Of a DNA stretch of 64,000 bases, positions 11,109-23,980 are shown in pieces. Position numbers and translations under genes: made by a program. The DNA is from Lama glama. Its lineage: Eukaryota. Below the pieces are notes generated by a model that searched no databases, was not told the origin of the DNA, and worked only from the letters and a program-made list of their open reading frames with translations. The stretch covers positions 15,998,001-16,062,000 of the forward strand of contig CM052817.1 in assembly GCA_028534125.1 (NCBI GenBank), in the 5' to 3' direction. How positions within the stretch are numbered: the first letter of the stretch is position 1; the number at the start of each line of letters is the position of its first letter.

Positions 11109-14100
11109 AAAGTTGCGGGGACAGCCAGCTTGGGGAAAGAGATGCACTGACATAAATCAAAATGCCTGCAATAAAAAAAGACAAAGTACTCAGCATAGAG
11201 CTGACCCATTGCAATTGTCCAATGAATGTTGAACTGCTGCTTAAGATGGCCGGAAAGGTGGTGGTGAGGTGGGGGCAGAAGTGGTGGAGGGAGTGATGCG
11301 ATATTAACACATGCACATCTCTCTTCTTTAGATGAAGTTGGCTTCCTAAGAGAAAAACGCGTGCTTTCAATCTCAGAATGCAAAGCAACGCCCAATGACC
11401 TGACTGTTGCACAAGATGAGCCTGTGAGGGAGCCGAAGACAGGTAGGAACTGAGCAGGCCCAGCGTGGTGGTGGCAAGGCACAGCACTGGGGGAATTGCT
11501 CCAGCAATTGGGAAAACGTGTTTTAATTAGGTTGGTTGATTGGTGGTTCCCAAAGCAATGGGCTCTGAGCAGAAGGCAGGAGGTGTGCATGCACGCACAT
11601 GAGAGAGAGACTGCAAGAGAGAGGGAAATGACTGATTGGAGAGAAGAGAAACAATCTGCTATAAACAGTCCATTAGGTTCAGGGCATGTGACTCGAAACA
11701 CAGAGTGAACGCCTGCACTTGGGATCTTCGGGGCCAGTGGCGTTTTCCAGTGGCACACCCAGTGAGAAGCCCTACCCTGGAGGGATGGCTGGGGGCTGGC
11801 CCATCACTCCCACACTTCCCCAGCTGGCTCTGCCTGTGTTTTGATGACTAGGAAGGCCAGCGATGTGAGTGTCTCATAGTCCAAGGCTAATAATGATAAT
11901 AAACCTGCAAGAACGAAATTGACTCTAAAGGATAAAATTTTTAAAGTGAGACAATTCACTACAGTTCTGTGTCATTTCTGACTCGGATTATGTTGGGGAA
12001 GGTTGAACTCAATTTTATGGAGAAATCAATTGAAACTGGCGCTCTGCATGATCTTTGGCAGAGGACACTGAAAACAGGCTCTCCTGAAATCGGCAAGCCA
12101 ATAATTCACTTCTGCTGCCTGTACCCTCACAAACAAGTCTGAGTTAGGGGCCCGTCTTCCCACATGGGAAGACATTGATTTTGCAGCCCCTTTCCTCCTA
12201 TTGATGAGATAAACAGTAAATTTTGAAAAGGAAACACAGGGATGAGTTCAGGGCAACTAGAAGAAGACAAAGGCAAAGCTGCAGATGAGGCTATGGGCCA
12301 AGGACTGGGAACTTCTAGGACACAGTCGACCAGAGAGAAGGAATGATAACTCTAGGTGTGTGGGGTGGGGCAGTGGCATTGGAAGTGGTTTTTGATTGTG
12401 TTTTACCAGTTAAAAAAAAATCAACAAAAGATCTCTTTCTAGGCTCTTCTCCATGTTTATTTCAATCAAGCTGCACAACTTTAAAAAGAGAACGTGTCAA
12501 TACTGGGCTATCCGAGGAGGGAAATTGGAACAAAATGCATAATGAGTTACTAGGAGCAAAAAATAAAACCGTGCTTTTTAATGCAATGCTATCCTGACCT
12601 TTTCAAGGGGAACAACAGCTGGCTTCACCAGACTCACGGATTACAGGACTTTCCTCAGAATTTAGCCAACGTATCGACGCAAACCCACCCAAAGTATCAT
12701 TCATTTAGGTGGGAATTGCGATGCTGCGGGCTTAAGGCTCACCCAAGCGTACCTCGGAATGCACTGTCCCCAGGACAAGGCCAAGCGAACTGCTTTCCAA
12801 CAGGAAAGAGCCAGCAGTTTTCAAACTTCATGCTTAGCAATTCATCTCACTGACAAGCACCCTGGGTCTCTCACGAGGTGTTCTTTGGGCCGGGAGAGAG
12901 AGAGGGAGGAACAGCCACAGCCGCCTCTCCTCTTCCAAAGGGCCAGCTGCCTTTGACTCGGGACCCACGCTCCTCCCTCCCCGGTCCCCCATCTTGGGCA
13001 CAGCTGTGGCTGCCACACATTCTTCAGAGGGGTCACTTCCCTGAAAAGCACAACGGCATCCTCAAGACAACTTCCAAAGCAGAACGACAGCCAAATGTCG
13101 CCAGCTCCCCAGCTGCATTCACAGTCTGGGTTCAGCCCCCTGCAGGAGGACTATCCTCCCATCCTCCCCGGGACGGTCCCCCGCTTTTCTCAGCTCCTAC
13201 AACAATGAGCCCTTTTCTCCATGTTACTCCCAGCAGCCACCAAAACCTAGGGTAACATGGCCCTAAAACCATGGCCCCTTCCAAGTCCCAGCAATCCCAA
13301 GGCCACCCAGGTCCCCGTGTCTCACTACCCTACTCTAGAAGGCGTGAATTTGGGGGTTGCTTCCCACACCCCCCCTCCCCCTCCACCACACACAAGCTCA
13401 CCTGCGACCCTGCCTTCCAGAAAGGTTCAGCACAGAGCTACTTTTTCCAGACTCTAGAGCTTCCCTGCAGCACGTGGCTTTGAGCTCTGAAGACCCAAAT
13501 GGAGAAAGACTGAGCCCCATCTGACTAACGCCCGGGAAGGTTAAAAACAAACAAACAAAAATATGGTACAATAAGCCAGCCCCAGAGTTGAAAGTACTTG
13601 CTGGTTACGTGTAGCGCCGCACAAGCAGACCTTGGAAACGGGCTTTCTTTCATTTTGCGAGCAAACCGCTCCGGAACACAATTTCAGGAAATATATGCCG
13701 TTAAAGAATATTACAAGCAGCTTACTGCAGTAACACCTATAATTTTTCATTCATTTTAATATGCCTGTTTTTCACGTTGAGAATGTCTAGTAACTCTACC
13801 TTATTATGTTCCCCTGGTTGACGTGTCTATCTACACAGCCGGATAAACATTCCCCTAATACTGGGTTGAGCTATTTTTAAAAATACTTTCGTGGAACAAC
13901 AAAAACACACACACACACACAAATCACTATTAAAAACAAAAGCACCCAAGCGCTGCATTTTAATATTTTAGTCTGTCTAAGGTTGGGTGGGGAAAGATGT
14001 TATTTTTAAAAAAGGGATTTTTAAGGAAATGCTTTGGGGTTGTCAACTGACCACAATGTCCTGGTGACTTGGACTTCTCAGATCAAATCTTTCTTTTGGC

Positions 14101-14194
14101 CAGGTGAGGGGGGAAGGGCAGTGTTTCATGAGGTCTTCCTTGGAAATCTTTATATAAATATATAAAAATAATAGTAAATGTTATTACAAATAGC

Positions 14195-14522
14195 ATTTAC
14201 TGAGTGATCACTACATGTCAGGGGTTTAGAAGATTTAACCCAATCATCCTAACAGAACTCCTGTGAGGTCCAGATAACCTTTAGCCCCACTTTACAGATG
14301 AGGACGTGAAGCAGCTCCCACACTCCAGGCACAGCACTACCTATTTCACGTGCGTTGTTGCTTTAATCCTTGCAACTCTCATCGTTATCCTCATGGCACA
14401 AGCATCTTTATTTGTTCTAAAAAATGAAGAGAGGAGCAAAGAGTTAGAGCAAGCGCCCAACATCATATGGAGATTCCGCCCAGAGCCACCTCCATCTAGA
14501 ATGCACATCCTTAACCACCATG
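14195..14522 (-). mobile_element. Two adjacent MIR fragments
   Basis: ccccactttacagatgaggac, then a second tttaatcct...tcttaaccaccatgct. Confidence 0.65.
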
Positions 14523-17500
14523 CTGTTACTGCTGATGAATTTTCTCTACAAACTGATCTAGTGTCCATTACTCCAGTCTCAAATGGGAGAGGGTGGTTGG
14601 GTTCACGATGCTGAAGAACAGCCACCTGGGCCAGGCTCCAGGTTTGGCCCGATGACTTGATTCCATGCACGCAGGCAACTCAGCAGAGGCTACACTGAGC
14701 TAGGCAAGTCTGGCCAGAGGGAAGGCTGGACAAGTGTCTTAGAAACTGCATAAACCTATGGCCACCACCGTCCTGCTGTTACTTCCTTGGGGCTCACACC
14801 AACCACTAGAGGAAGATAAAGATCCTCTTTCCCTCCAAGCACCAAGAAATGTCCTCAACACGATGAACATATGCAGACCAACCTACTTGCTTTTCCTTCA
14901 TGAAGAGAAGCCAGGATTGAGAGAAGGCTCATATACCGGGTCATGCAGTGGGCCAGGACAAGAGAAGATGGCTGAGGACACTACTCACACTGGGGAGACC
15001 TAGATGGCCTCCTTTCTTTGGCTTTATTTCAGCCCTAAGCCTGTCCTAGATGCCATGTGTCAGCACCAAATTAAAGCAACATTTCTGAGAGAAAGGCCAC
15101 AGAGACCAGGATGCCCAAGAGCTTGGATCCAAAAGGACCACAACAAGCTGATTCAACAGCTTAAACACTGTTTCTTCATCATACTTTCATGTGGTGCCGT
15201 GACAGTCTTGGGGAGGGGACCTCAATTGTTAATTGAATGTGGTACTTCACGCTGTCATCTATGTAATCTTCTCCAGGCACTTCGTGGAAAGAACTGATCA
15301 CAGCTCCAGCAGGTCTGGTCAAGGCTTTGGTACACAGAACCCTGAACTCTACCAAAGACACCACACCACAAAACATAGCCTGCCATCTACTTAAACTCTG
15401 AGCAATAAACCAAGCCCTTTGCAAACTCCATCCTAAGATGTGGCAATGAGACACTGAGACAAGCATGATTTGGCCTGAAGAGAGCAACACTGATGTCCTT
15501 CCCTAATGGTACTGGGGATGTGCTACAGGTGACAAAGATGCTATTCTCATGACTGCAGGAGACTCTTGACACTTTTTAAACTTCCACAGGACATGACTAG
15601 CATTCAACTAGATCAAGTGTTTCAGAACAGCTTTTGTTTACCCATAAAATGAACCAAGTGGTCACTATCCAATTCCTAATGGCAAAACATGACAGCCTCA
15701 TCAAGGCTAGTTTGGAAAGAATTTAACATGCAAGTAGAATTTCTCACACACAAATCACCTCTTTCTCTGTGCTCCCACAGCACAGGGTGCCAGTCTCTGT
15801 GGCAGCTCATCTCACAACTCCGTAATTATTCATCTGCACGTCTGCCTCCCCCAACCAGCCTAGCCAACCCCCACCGGCAGGGCAGAAACTCCATCCCACG
15901 CAGCTCCATATCCCTGGTGCCACACCGTCTATGGCCCATTGTCAAACCTTTACAAATGGTTAGCAAATGCTTAGCAAAGCACCATCCCACCCACTTTTCC
16001 AGTTTTCTTCCGTAGCCAGACGCTAAGTGCTGGAAAATAAAACTGCAGCATTGTCTCCTGGTACCCACCCAAAGAGTCAGATACGCATCTTCAAAATGAA
16101 TGCCTCATTTAGAAATGTCTTTAAACCACTTTTTAAAATCCATTTATTTTTTCCAGACATAGACATTCTCCCATTTATGCAGAAAAACATGGAACCACCC
16201 TTAATTTCCCCTGATCAATTTCAAGGTCAAGAAGAAAACATACCCATAGTTCTAGAATTCTGAACCTTATAATCAATGCTCCACCCTCTCCAGAATCCTC
16301 CAGACCCCTTCAATTTGGAGGATAGTCTCCTCTTGGCCGCCATCTTTGCAGACTGAGAGAGATTTTGTTGCCTTCATGGGAGAGGTCCCCTTCTTCTTGA
16401 CCAGGATAATCTTCTCTCAGGTGGGCCCTTTTCATACTTTATGAAAGTTTTGTAACTGAAACTGTTCACTATTCTCCAACCATGCATTCTGAGCTGATAG
16501 ATTTAATTGGCCAGGCTGGCAGAGAAGAGAAAAACCAAACTGGCCATGAGAGTCAACTTCCTCAAGCCCAACACGACAGGAACCAAAGTCAGAGAGAGGA
16601 GAGGAGACTGCTTGTCTTGCCTCCCTCCAGCTTGTTCAGGGCACATCATGTCTTCTTTTGTTTAAACAAAGGCCATTCTCCCATTCTGCCAAGGGCTACG
16701 AATACTTTTCTGGGATCTGGCCCAGGGCACGGCCCCACCACTCGGTAGGTAGGGAGTGACTTCTGCCAAGTCACTCCACCGCCCAGTCTCAAGTTCCTCA
16801 TCTGTAAAATTGGGATAATATTTCTCCACCGACATCCCAGGTTCCTAGCGATAAATATTAATGTCCGTAGAGGGCTTTGAGATCCTGGGGTGAAGGATGC
16901 AGCAGAGTGTTATTTTTATGACGTTGCAGCTTCCATAAAGCATCAAATTCAATGAGAAAGAGGAGAGAGGGGGGCACTGGGCTGGAACCAAGAATAACGC
17001 AGGCAGATGCTGGCGGAGCTTCCCCCTACTGCTAATGCATGCCGACAGTCACCTGCAAGTCTGCTGCTATTCCAGTCCCGGGGCTCTCATTTTTACTGGT
17101 GACCTCGTTCACTGCTTCCCCACCCCCTCCTCTTGCAAGCGTCAGAATCCCTATTTAGCATCGTATTAATATGGAACTTCATAACGCTGATATGGATCTG
17201 TGTATTACAAACATCAGGGGGCCCGCCTGGCAGTCTGCTGGCATCAACCTACTACTCGGCAGGGAATGTGTGTTCGAGACTCTGGAGTGGGCCAGTCTTC
17301 CGGAGCTGGCCAGACGCCTGCATCCGAACTGCCCATGCAGCACCTCCCCTCCCCGCTTTCCCTCCCAGGAGACACTTTCCAGGCCCCCAGGCACCAAAGA
17401 TGAGTGAAGACTGCTGCGCACAGACCACTGTGACCAGAAAAGAAGCTGATTTTATATGGGGATAAAAACTTAGAAAAGGAATCCGATAAGGACAAAGAAC

Positions 17501-18756
17501 TCGGAAGATAAGTCAATGGTCATAAGAAAGGAAGGGAGGGGTGTTGTTACAATGTGATGCTCTGGCTGGTCAGTGACCATTCATTCTTGACACGACTGGA
17601 GGGTCTCTGGAGACTCGGTTTGGGGGAAAGGGACTGGGGCCTGCTGCAGTGTAGGGTCAGGGGCAATGAGTCTGTGGATGGTTGCAGTGGTTCCACTGCA
17701 TGGGACGCGGACCACAGGCTGAGAGAGAAGGAGTCCAGGAGAGAAGCAAATGGGAGTAACTCTTCCCTCATCCTCCTGATGTTGGCATGGGAGTCAGAGC
17801 TGTCCCAAGGGTTGGCAAGCTAGGACCATCAGATCTGGTTAGACCTGTCAGGGGGCAGGGGGCAGGCAGAAGTAGAGATTTGGAAAAGATGGTATGGAAC
17901 TAGACTCTGCCAGAATTCTTATATACATACACACCAGGCAGCTGTCCTCCCTTCCCTGCCCTTCTGCTGCACCTTGTAAGACTTGCCTTCTGCACCTTCC
18001 TTTTTTCCAATTTCATCTACATAAAACCCCGTCCTCTCGCGATTTTTTGAGTGCCCATGTGTACATCTCTCTTGCTATAAAATGACTCCTCATCCTGCCT
18101 TTTCCTTTCATAACAATCTTTCGTGGGTCTCACGTACAGTCAGGTTAGTGGATGCTGGTGTTCAAAAAATTATGGAAAAACAAAGATGGTGACTCTAGAA
18201 CATAAAGGTTTAGGGGACTTTGTCCTAACACATCGTTAAGAAAGTTGTGCTTCAAGCCCCTTAAAGAGTGGATTCAGGAACACCTTACGATCTGTTGAGG
18301 GAGAATGGTTATTCCTCACTTATTTTATTTCCATGGGAGAAGTTGTCATTTAAACACTATTGGCCTCCATCCTCTCCAGGATGGGAGAAGGGACTTACTT
18401 GATTGACAAGTTTGGAAGAAGGAAGCCAACCTGGGTAGGTCAGTCCCTTCTGAGTCCTCTCATGAGGTCCTGCCTCTACCTGCACCTGCTCCCCCATGCA
18501 GGACTCTTGCTCTGCCAGTGGCTGGGTGGGTAGTTTAATTCTGGTGTGCAGACTTTAGAAAGACCCTCCCCCACAGAGCTACATTTTGTCCTTTGTTCAA
18601 GATTTTATATACAGTAGCACCGACATTTTGAACTTTAGCTCCCTGACCACCATGCCTACCTAACTCAGGTGGAAAACAGATCCCCCCAAAACCCAGTGCA
18701 GCCCAGCTCCTTTTCTGTTTTGCCATGCCCAGTGTGGCTAAGGAAAGGGTGCATTT

Positions 18757-20113
18757 CTAGTTATCAGAGAAATGAAAATCAAAACTACATGAGGTTATCA
18801 CCTCACACTGGTCAGAATGATCATCACTAAAAAGTCCACAAACAATAAATGCTGGAGAGGGTGTGGAAAAAAGAGAAGAACCTTCCTGCACTGTTGATGG
18901 GAATGTAATTTGACGCAGCCAATATGGAAAGCTGTATGGAGAGTCCTTAAAAAACTAAAAATAGACTTTCCATATGATCCAGCAATCCCACTCCTTGGCG
19001 TGTATCTGGAGAAAACTCTAATTTGAAAAGACACCTGCACCCCAATGTTCATTGAAGCACTATTTACAATAGCCAAGACATAGAAGCAACCTAAATCTCC
19101 ACAGATGATTGGATAAAGAAGATGTGGTATATATATAATGGAATACTACTCGGCCATAGAAAGAATAAAATAATATCATTTGCAGCAACATAGATGGACT
19201 GGAGATTGTCATTCTAAGTGAGGAAGTAAGCCAGAAAAAGAAAGAAAAATACTATATATCACTTATATGTGGAATCTCAAAAAATGATATAAATGAGCTT
19301 ACTTACAAAACAGAAACAGACTCACAGACATAGAAAACAAATTTATGGTTACCAGCAGGGAAAGGGGGTGGGAAGGGATAAATTAGGAGTTCAAGACTTG
19401 CAGATACTAACTAATATATATAAAATAGATAAACAGCAAGGACCTACTATATAGCACATGGAATTGTATTCAATATCTTGTAGTAACCTATAATGAAAAA
19501 GAATATGAAAATGAATATACATATGCATATGTATGACTGAAATGTTGTGCTGTACACCAGAAATTGACACGTTATAAACTGACTATACTTCAATTAAAAA
19601 ATAATGCAAATTAAAAAATTAAAAAAATTTTAAAAGGTGTAGTATATATATACACAGTATATATACAGTGGAATACTACTCAACCATAAAAAAGAATGAA
19701 ATAATGCCATTTGCAGCAATATGGATGGACCTAGAGATTATCATACTGAGTGAGGTAAGTCAGACAGAGAAAGACAAATATCATATGATACCACTTATAT
19801 GTGGAATCTAAAAAAAATGATAAAAATGAACTTATTTACAAAAAAAAAAAGGGAGAGACTCACAGACATAGAAAATAAACTTACGGTTACCAGAGGGAAA
19901 GGAGGGAAGGGACAACTTAGGAGTTTGGGATCAGCAGATACAAACTACTATATATAAAATAAACAACAAGGTCATACTGTATAGTATAGGGAACTATATT
20001 CAATAGCTTGTAATAACCTATAATGAAAAAGTGTAATAACCTAGAATCACTATGCTGTACACCAGAAACCAACACAACATTGTAAATCAACTAAACTTCA
20101 ATTTAAAAAAAAA
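18757..20113 (+). mobile_element. 5'-truncated L1 (ORF2 end) with two tandem 3' ends from different subfamilies
   Basis: L1 ORF2 tail (tcacctcacactggtcagaatg, ccatatgatccagcaatcccactcct); 3' UTR and A tail to about 19630; a second ORF2-end, 3' UTR and A tail at about 19632-20113. Confidence 0.95.
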
Positions 20114-20904
20114 GAAAGGTGTGTTTAACAGAACGCATCTCTTGCTTCTGTTGGGCTGCTAGTGGGCCAGCTTAGTGCTCCAGTGTGTCCCTGCTGAGAA
20201 CAGCCCTCAGTCTGAGGAAGGAATTCCAGAAGGAAGAACAGCTCCCGCAGGTGCCGACTCTAGGTCTGAAGCCTTCATGCGCTCCCTGACTCTTCAGGAA
20301 GGCACTACGAGGTCTGAGCACATCCCCTTCCCTAGCTTACAGGTGAGGAAACCGAGACCTGACGAGGTTATGAAGCCGGTAAGAGAAAAGGACCAAAGCC
20401 AGTATCAATCTAACGTGTCCTTTCGTACATCTGTTGATTCAGTCCACGTTCACTGAGAAACCGCTGTCTGCAAGACCATGGGGGCCCAGGTAGAAACCAG
20501 TGTCCTCCATCCCTTCTCAGAAGCTCTGGGGGAACCTGCCTAAGGGATTCCCACCAACCCTGGGAATCAGAAATCAGATTTCCAATGCAAATGGGTTTCA
20601 GCCTCCAGTTTCCACAACATCTCAAGCTACTACTTCACCGCTCTTTGCCTTGGTCTCCTCGGGTGCCAACCAGAGCTTTCCACTGAGCACTGCCCTCCCG
20701 GGGGGCCCCTAAGATGGTGGGCTGGCAAAGCCATGTGAGGGAGGATGACTGAACTGAGCCCTGAGCTCAGGGCACGGCAGGTGGAAGGAAGTCAGGAAAA
20801 CAAGCCGAGTGAAAATCGCCTTCCCCAAACTACTGCCGAGTGAGTAAGTCAGCCATTTATTTTGTGTGTGCTGGTGGCGATGGTGGTGGTTCGTTTGTAG
20901 ACAT

Positions 20905-20914
20905 TAATAATAAT

Positions 20915-20962
<48 letters not shown>
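20905..20962. repeat. (AAT)n-(ATT)n inverted microsatellite
   Basis: (AAT)7(ATT)7 is a perfect palindrome at 20921-20962. Confidence 0.95.
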
Positions 20963-23609
20963 TTATTTCAGCTGAAAGAGAGTTTAAAAAGTAGAATTAT
21001 GACCCTCTCAAAATAGAGCTGACACAAATCTCTATCAGCATAATGGCACCAGAATGCTATCAAAACCCTGTGAACGCAGCCCTTCGTCCATCTCCCAACA
21101 CCAGGTAAATGGAGCTAGAATACTGTGCAGGGGTCTGTTCCTCCATCAGTGAGAGAACAGTTTGCAGGCGGGGAGCACCCGTTCGTGCTAATGGGAGCTA
21201 CGGATGTAAATCCCCAGGCACTGGGAGGGAGAAAGGCCCCCTGGGATTTTCCACCAAGAACCCATCCACCATGATAGGTACTTGGGAGCCAGAAAGTCCT
21301 CATTAGCACGGCCCAACTCCGGAGTGACTTGCAACCTCACCCCACGTATGAGAGACTGAATCTGACTTTCTTTGCCGTGACATCTATAGCTTCCCATGTT
21401 TTTTTGTTTTTTTTTTTTTTGCCTTTAGCTATTGTGCCACTGAAGCCTAGTCTCAGACAAATGCCATTTTAATCTGCTTTAGGCGGTGAAGGCCAATACA
21501 CATTTCAGTGGAGAAAGTTATGTGTTTTAATTGCTTTATGAAGACATAGCATATGCCTTGACACAGTTAAATGATTAACAGATTACTCCAAATGCCTTTG
21601 GCATAGAATATCTATATATTCATTAGCCAGGACAATTTATCTTCTTGATAAAACTAAAATTACTTATACAGTAGGTTTACTTTCCATGATTAATAAATGA
21701 TAAAAATCTAAATTATCCATCTGAAATGTCTCTTTTTGGCCATTAATCTCACATTTATCAGCTTCTATAATATATATTAGTAATATGAAAAATTCAATTT
21801 TCCAAGTATTTTACTCTGCTGAGAAAAACAAAACACATTTAATACGAAGAAGTCTCTCAATCTAGGAAAATCTCCAGTGATTCTGAAATAGTCAGGGAGT
21901 GAAAAGACAGAGTTAGCTTTAAATATGCTTTATGAAAACAGATAAACAAAATCTGTGGTGTAGACAGGCATCAAAATGTTCCCAAAGCGATCCCTCGCTC
22001 AAATGTCCTTCCAGTAGCAAGACATCAGAATGAATGGAGAGTTTCACAGCATTTTGCATGGGTTCCAAACGACAAAATTGAGAGCAAGCTCAGAAACGGA
22101 GCCGGGCACAGAGTGATCTAGAAATCCACTAAAGGTCAACATGCAGGCATCGCACATGTCCAAGAAAGTGAGCTTCAGAGAACAGGTTTCGCTGGAGGGG
22201 AAGCCTTGGGAATTAGATCCTTCTGTCAGCTTTTTTAAATGTTTAAGACCGCCTGTCCTCCAATTAAACTGATCAAGGGAGTCCAGGGTGGCTTGTTGGC
22301 GACCGTGCTCTGGAGAACGCTCATTAAAAGGCTGACTCCCAACCTCCGTCTCAGGCCCTTCCCGTCTGCTGTCAGCAGCTGATTTCTCTGAATCCCAACT
22401 GCCAGGGGAACTGTGGAGGCTGAGCCGAGCTGCCCCTGCTGCCAGGAGAGGCGGAGAGAGACACCTGCCACTGTCCCGAGTCACCTGTTACTTACCATGG
22501 TGACTCACTCCCCAAGGAGCCTGAACAGAACGGCTCCTGAAAGGATGAGTGTGCGTGAGTGTATGTGTGTGCATGCACATGTGTTCACAGACAGTGCCTG
22601 GGCCCTTCTGGGGGTCTGACACCCGGCTGGGCACAGGGCTGCAATGCTGAGGAAGAAAACCTCTGTCTTGCCCTTGAGGGAGCCTCCATTTAATGATGTG
22701 GAAAGACATCAAGAAGAGGATGGCAGTACAGTGATAAATGCTGAGGGAGGGGTGACGCGGGGTTCCATGCACGTCTGACTCAGGTCTTAAGAAAGGGGGG
22801 AGGGAAGAAGAGGACGTGCCTTCTGGAAGAAGTGACTAGCAAAACGAAGTGAACAGAAGGTGGGAAGGCTGTTCCAGTCAGAGGGGAAAGGATTTACAGA
22901 AGTCCAGAGGCAGAGGAGTATCCTCATTTACTCATCCCTTCACGTTTTCACCCATCATTCGCGGAGCATCCCCTCTACACTGGGCACGACCCAGGTGGCT
23001 GGGGTACGGTGGGGTGTGACAGACATAGCCCTGCCTCCACGGGGCTTCCATTCCAATGGTCTTCAGGAATTGCCAGTTAATCTGCGTGACTGGAGCACAG
23101 TGAGGGGGATGGGGTGGGGATGAGGGCTGACAGTTGAGGCTGTAAGCATGCACAGCTTAGCCCAGGTCACATTTAGAATTTGAACTTGATGTCCAGCACC
23201 ACTACTACTGTGTGGGTATGTGTGCACATGCGTGTGCATTGTGGGAGGAGTGTGGTGTCAGAACAGGACGCACACAGACCTGGCTGGAACGAAAGTCAAA
23301 GGGAAAGGCATGGAGCCATAAGTGAGTGGGGTATCCTGCCGCAAAGCAGAGCACTTGCATTTCTCCCTCCACACCCAACTTTCTCTCATGCTGCTCATCA
23401 CTCCAGTCCTCTAGTTCAGCACTGCACTCTCCCCATGGACCCTTACGGTACCCCCATGGTACCTCATCCTGCAGTCCAGCCTTCTGCTGGTGCTGGATGC
23501 ATCAGGATCACCTTCCACAACAGGGCTCGAGTGAAATGGGCACAGGGGTAGGGTCTGACTGGCGCTCCCATCTCAGCCCTGCCACTGGGCCAGGTGCCTG
23601 GTCGTGAGA

Positions 23610-23980
23610 GTAATAAGCGTACTGGAGTCCATGGGGCCCTTCATGCGTGCCACGCCCCGAACACGCATTAACTCCATGGGTTCATTCAAACTTCACAATG
23701 ATGCTACCAAGGTAGATCCTATTATGGTCTTCATTTTACAAAGGTAAAAACTAAGGCCAAGAAAGGCTCAGTGTCTTGCATGTGGTCACACAGCTGGTAA
23801 AATGGTAGTGCCAAGAGCCAACCCTAGGAAATTTGGCTCCAGGGTGTATGCTCTTAACCACTGAGCCATCCTACCTCTCTTGGGTGTCTTGAGTTCCTCA
23901 ACTTCAAGGTGGAAATAGTAAGACTGGTGTTTGGTGAGGATTAAATGAGTAAAACTTCAGTGCCCAGCACAGTACACACT
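23610..23980. mobile_element. Two MIRs in opposite orientation
   Basis: cattttacaaaggtaaaaactaaggc...ggtcacacagct (minus); ggtgaggattaaatgag...gtgcccagcacagta (plus). Confidence 0.75.

Noticed and set aside
11081..11758. 225-aa ORF, the longest in the track
   Set aside because: No recognisable protein, it crosses a GA-rich low-complexity tract and ends in an L1 3' UTR; consistent with chance.
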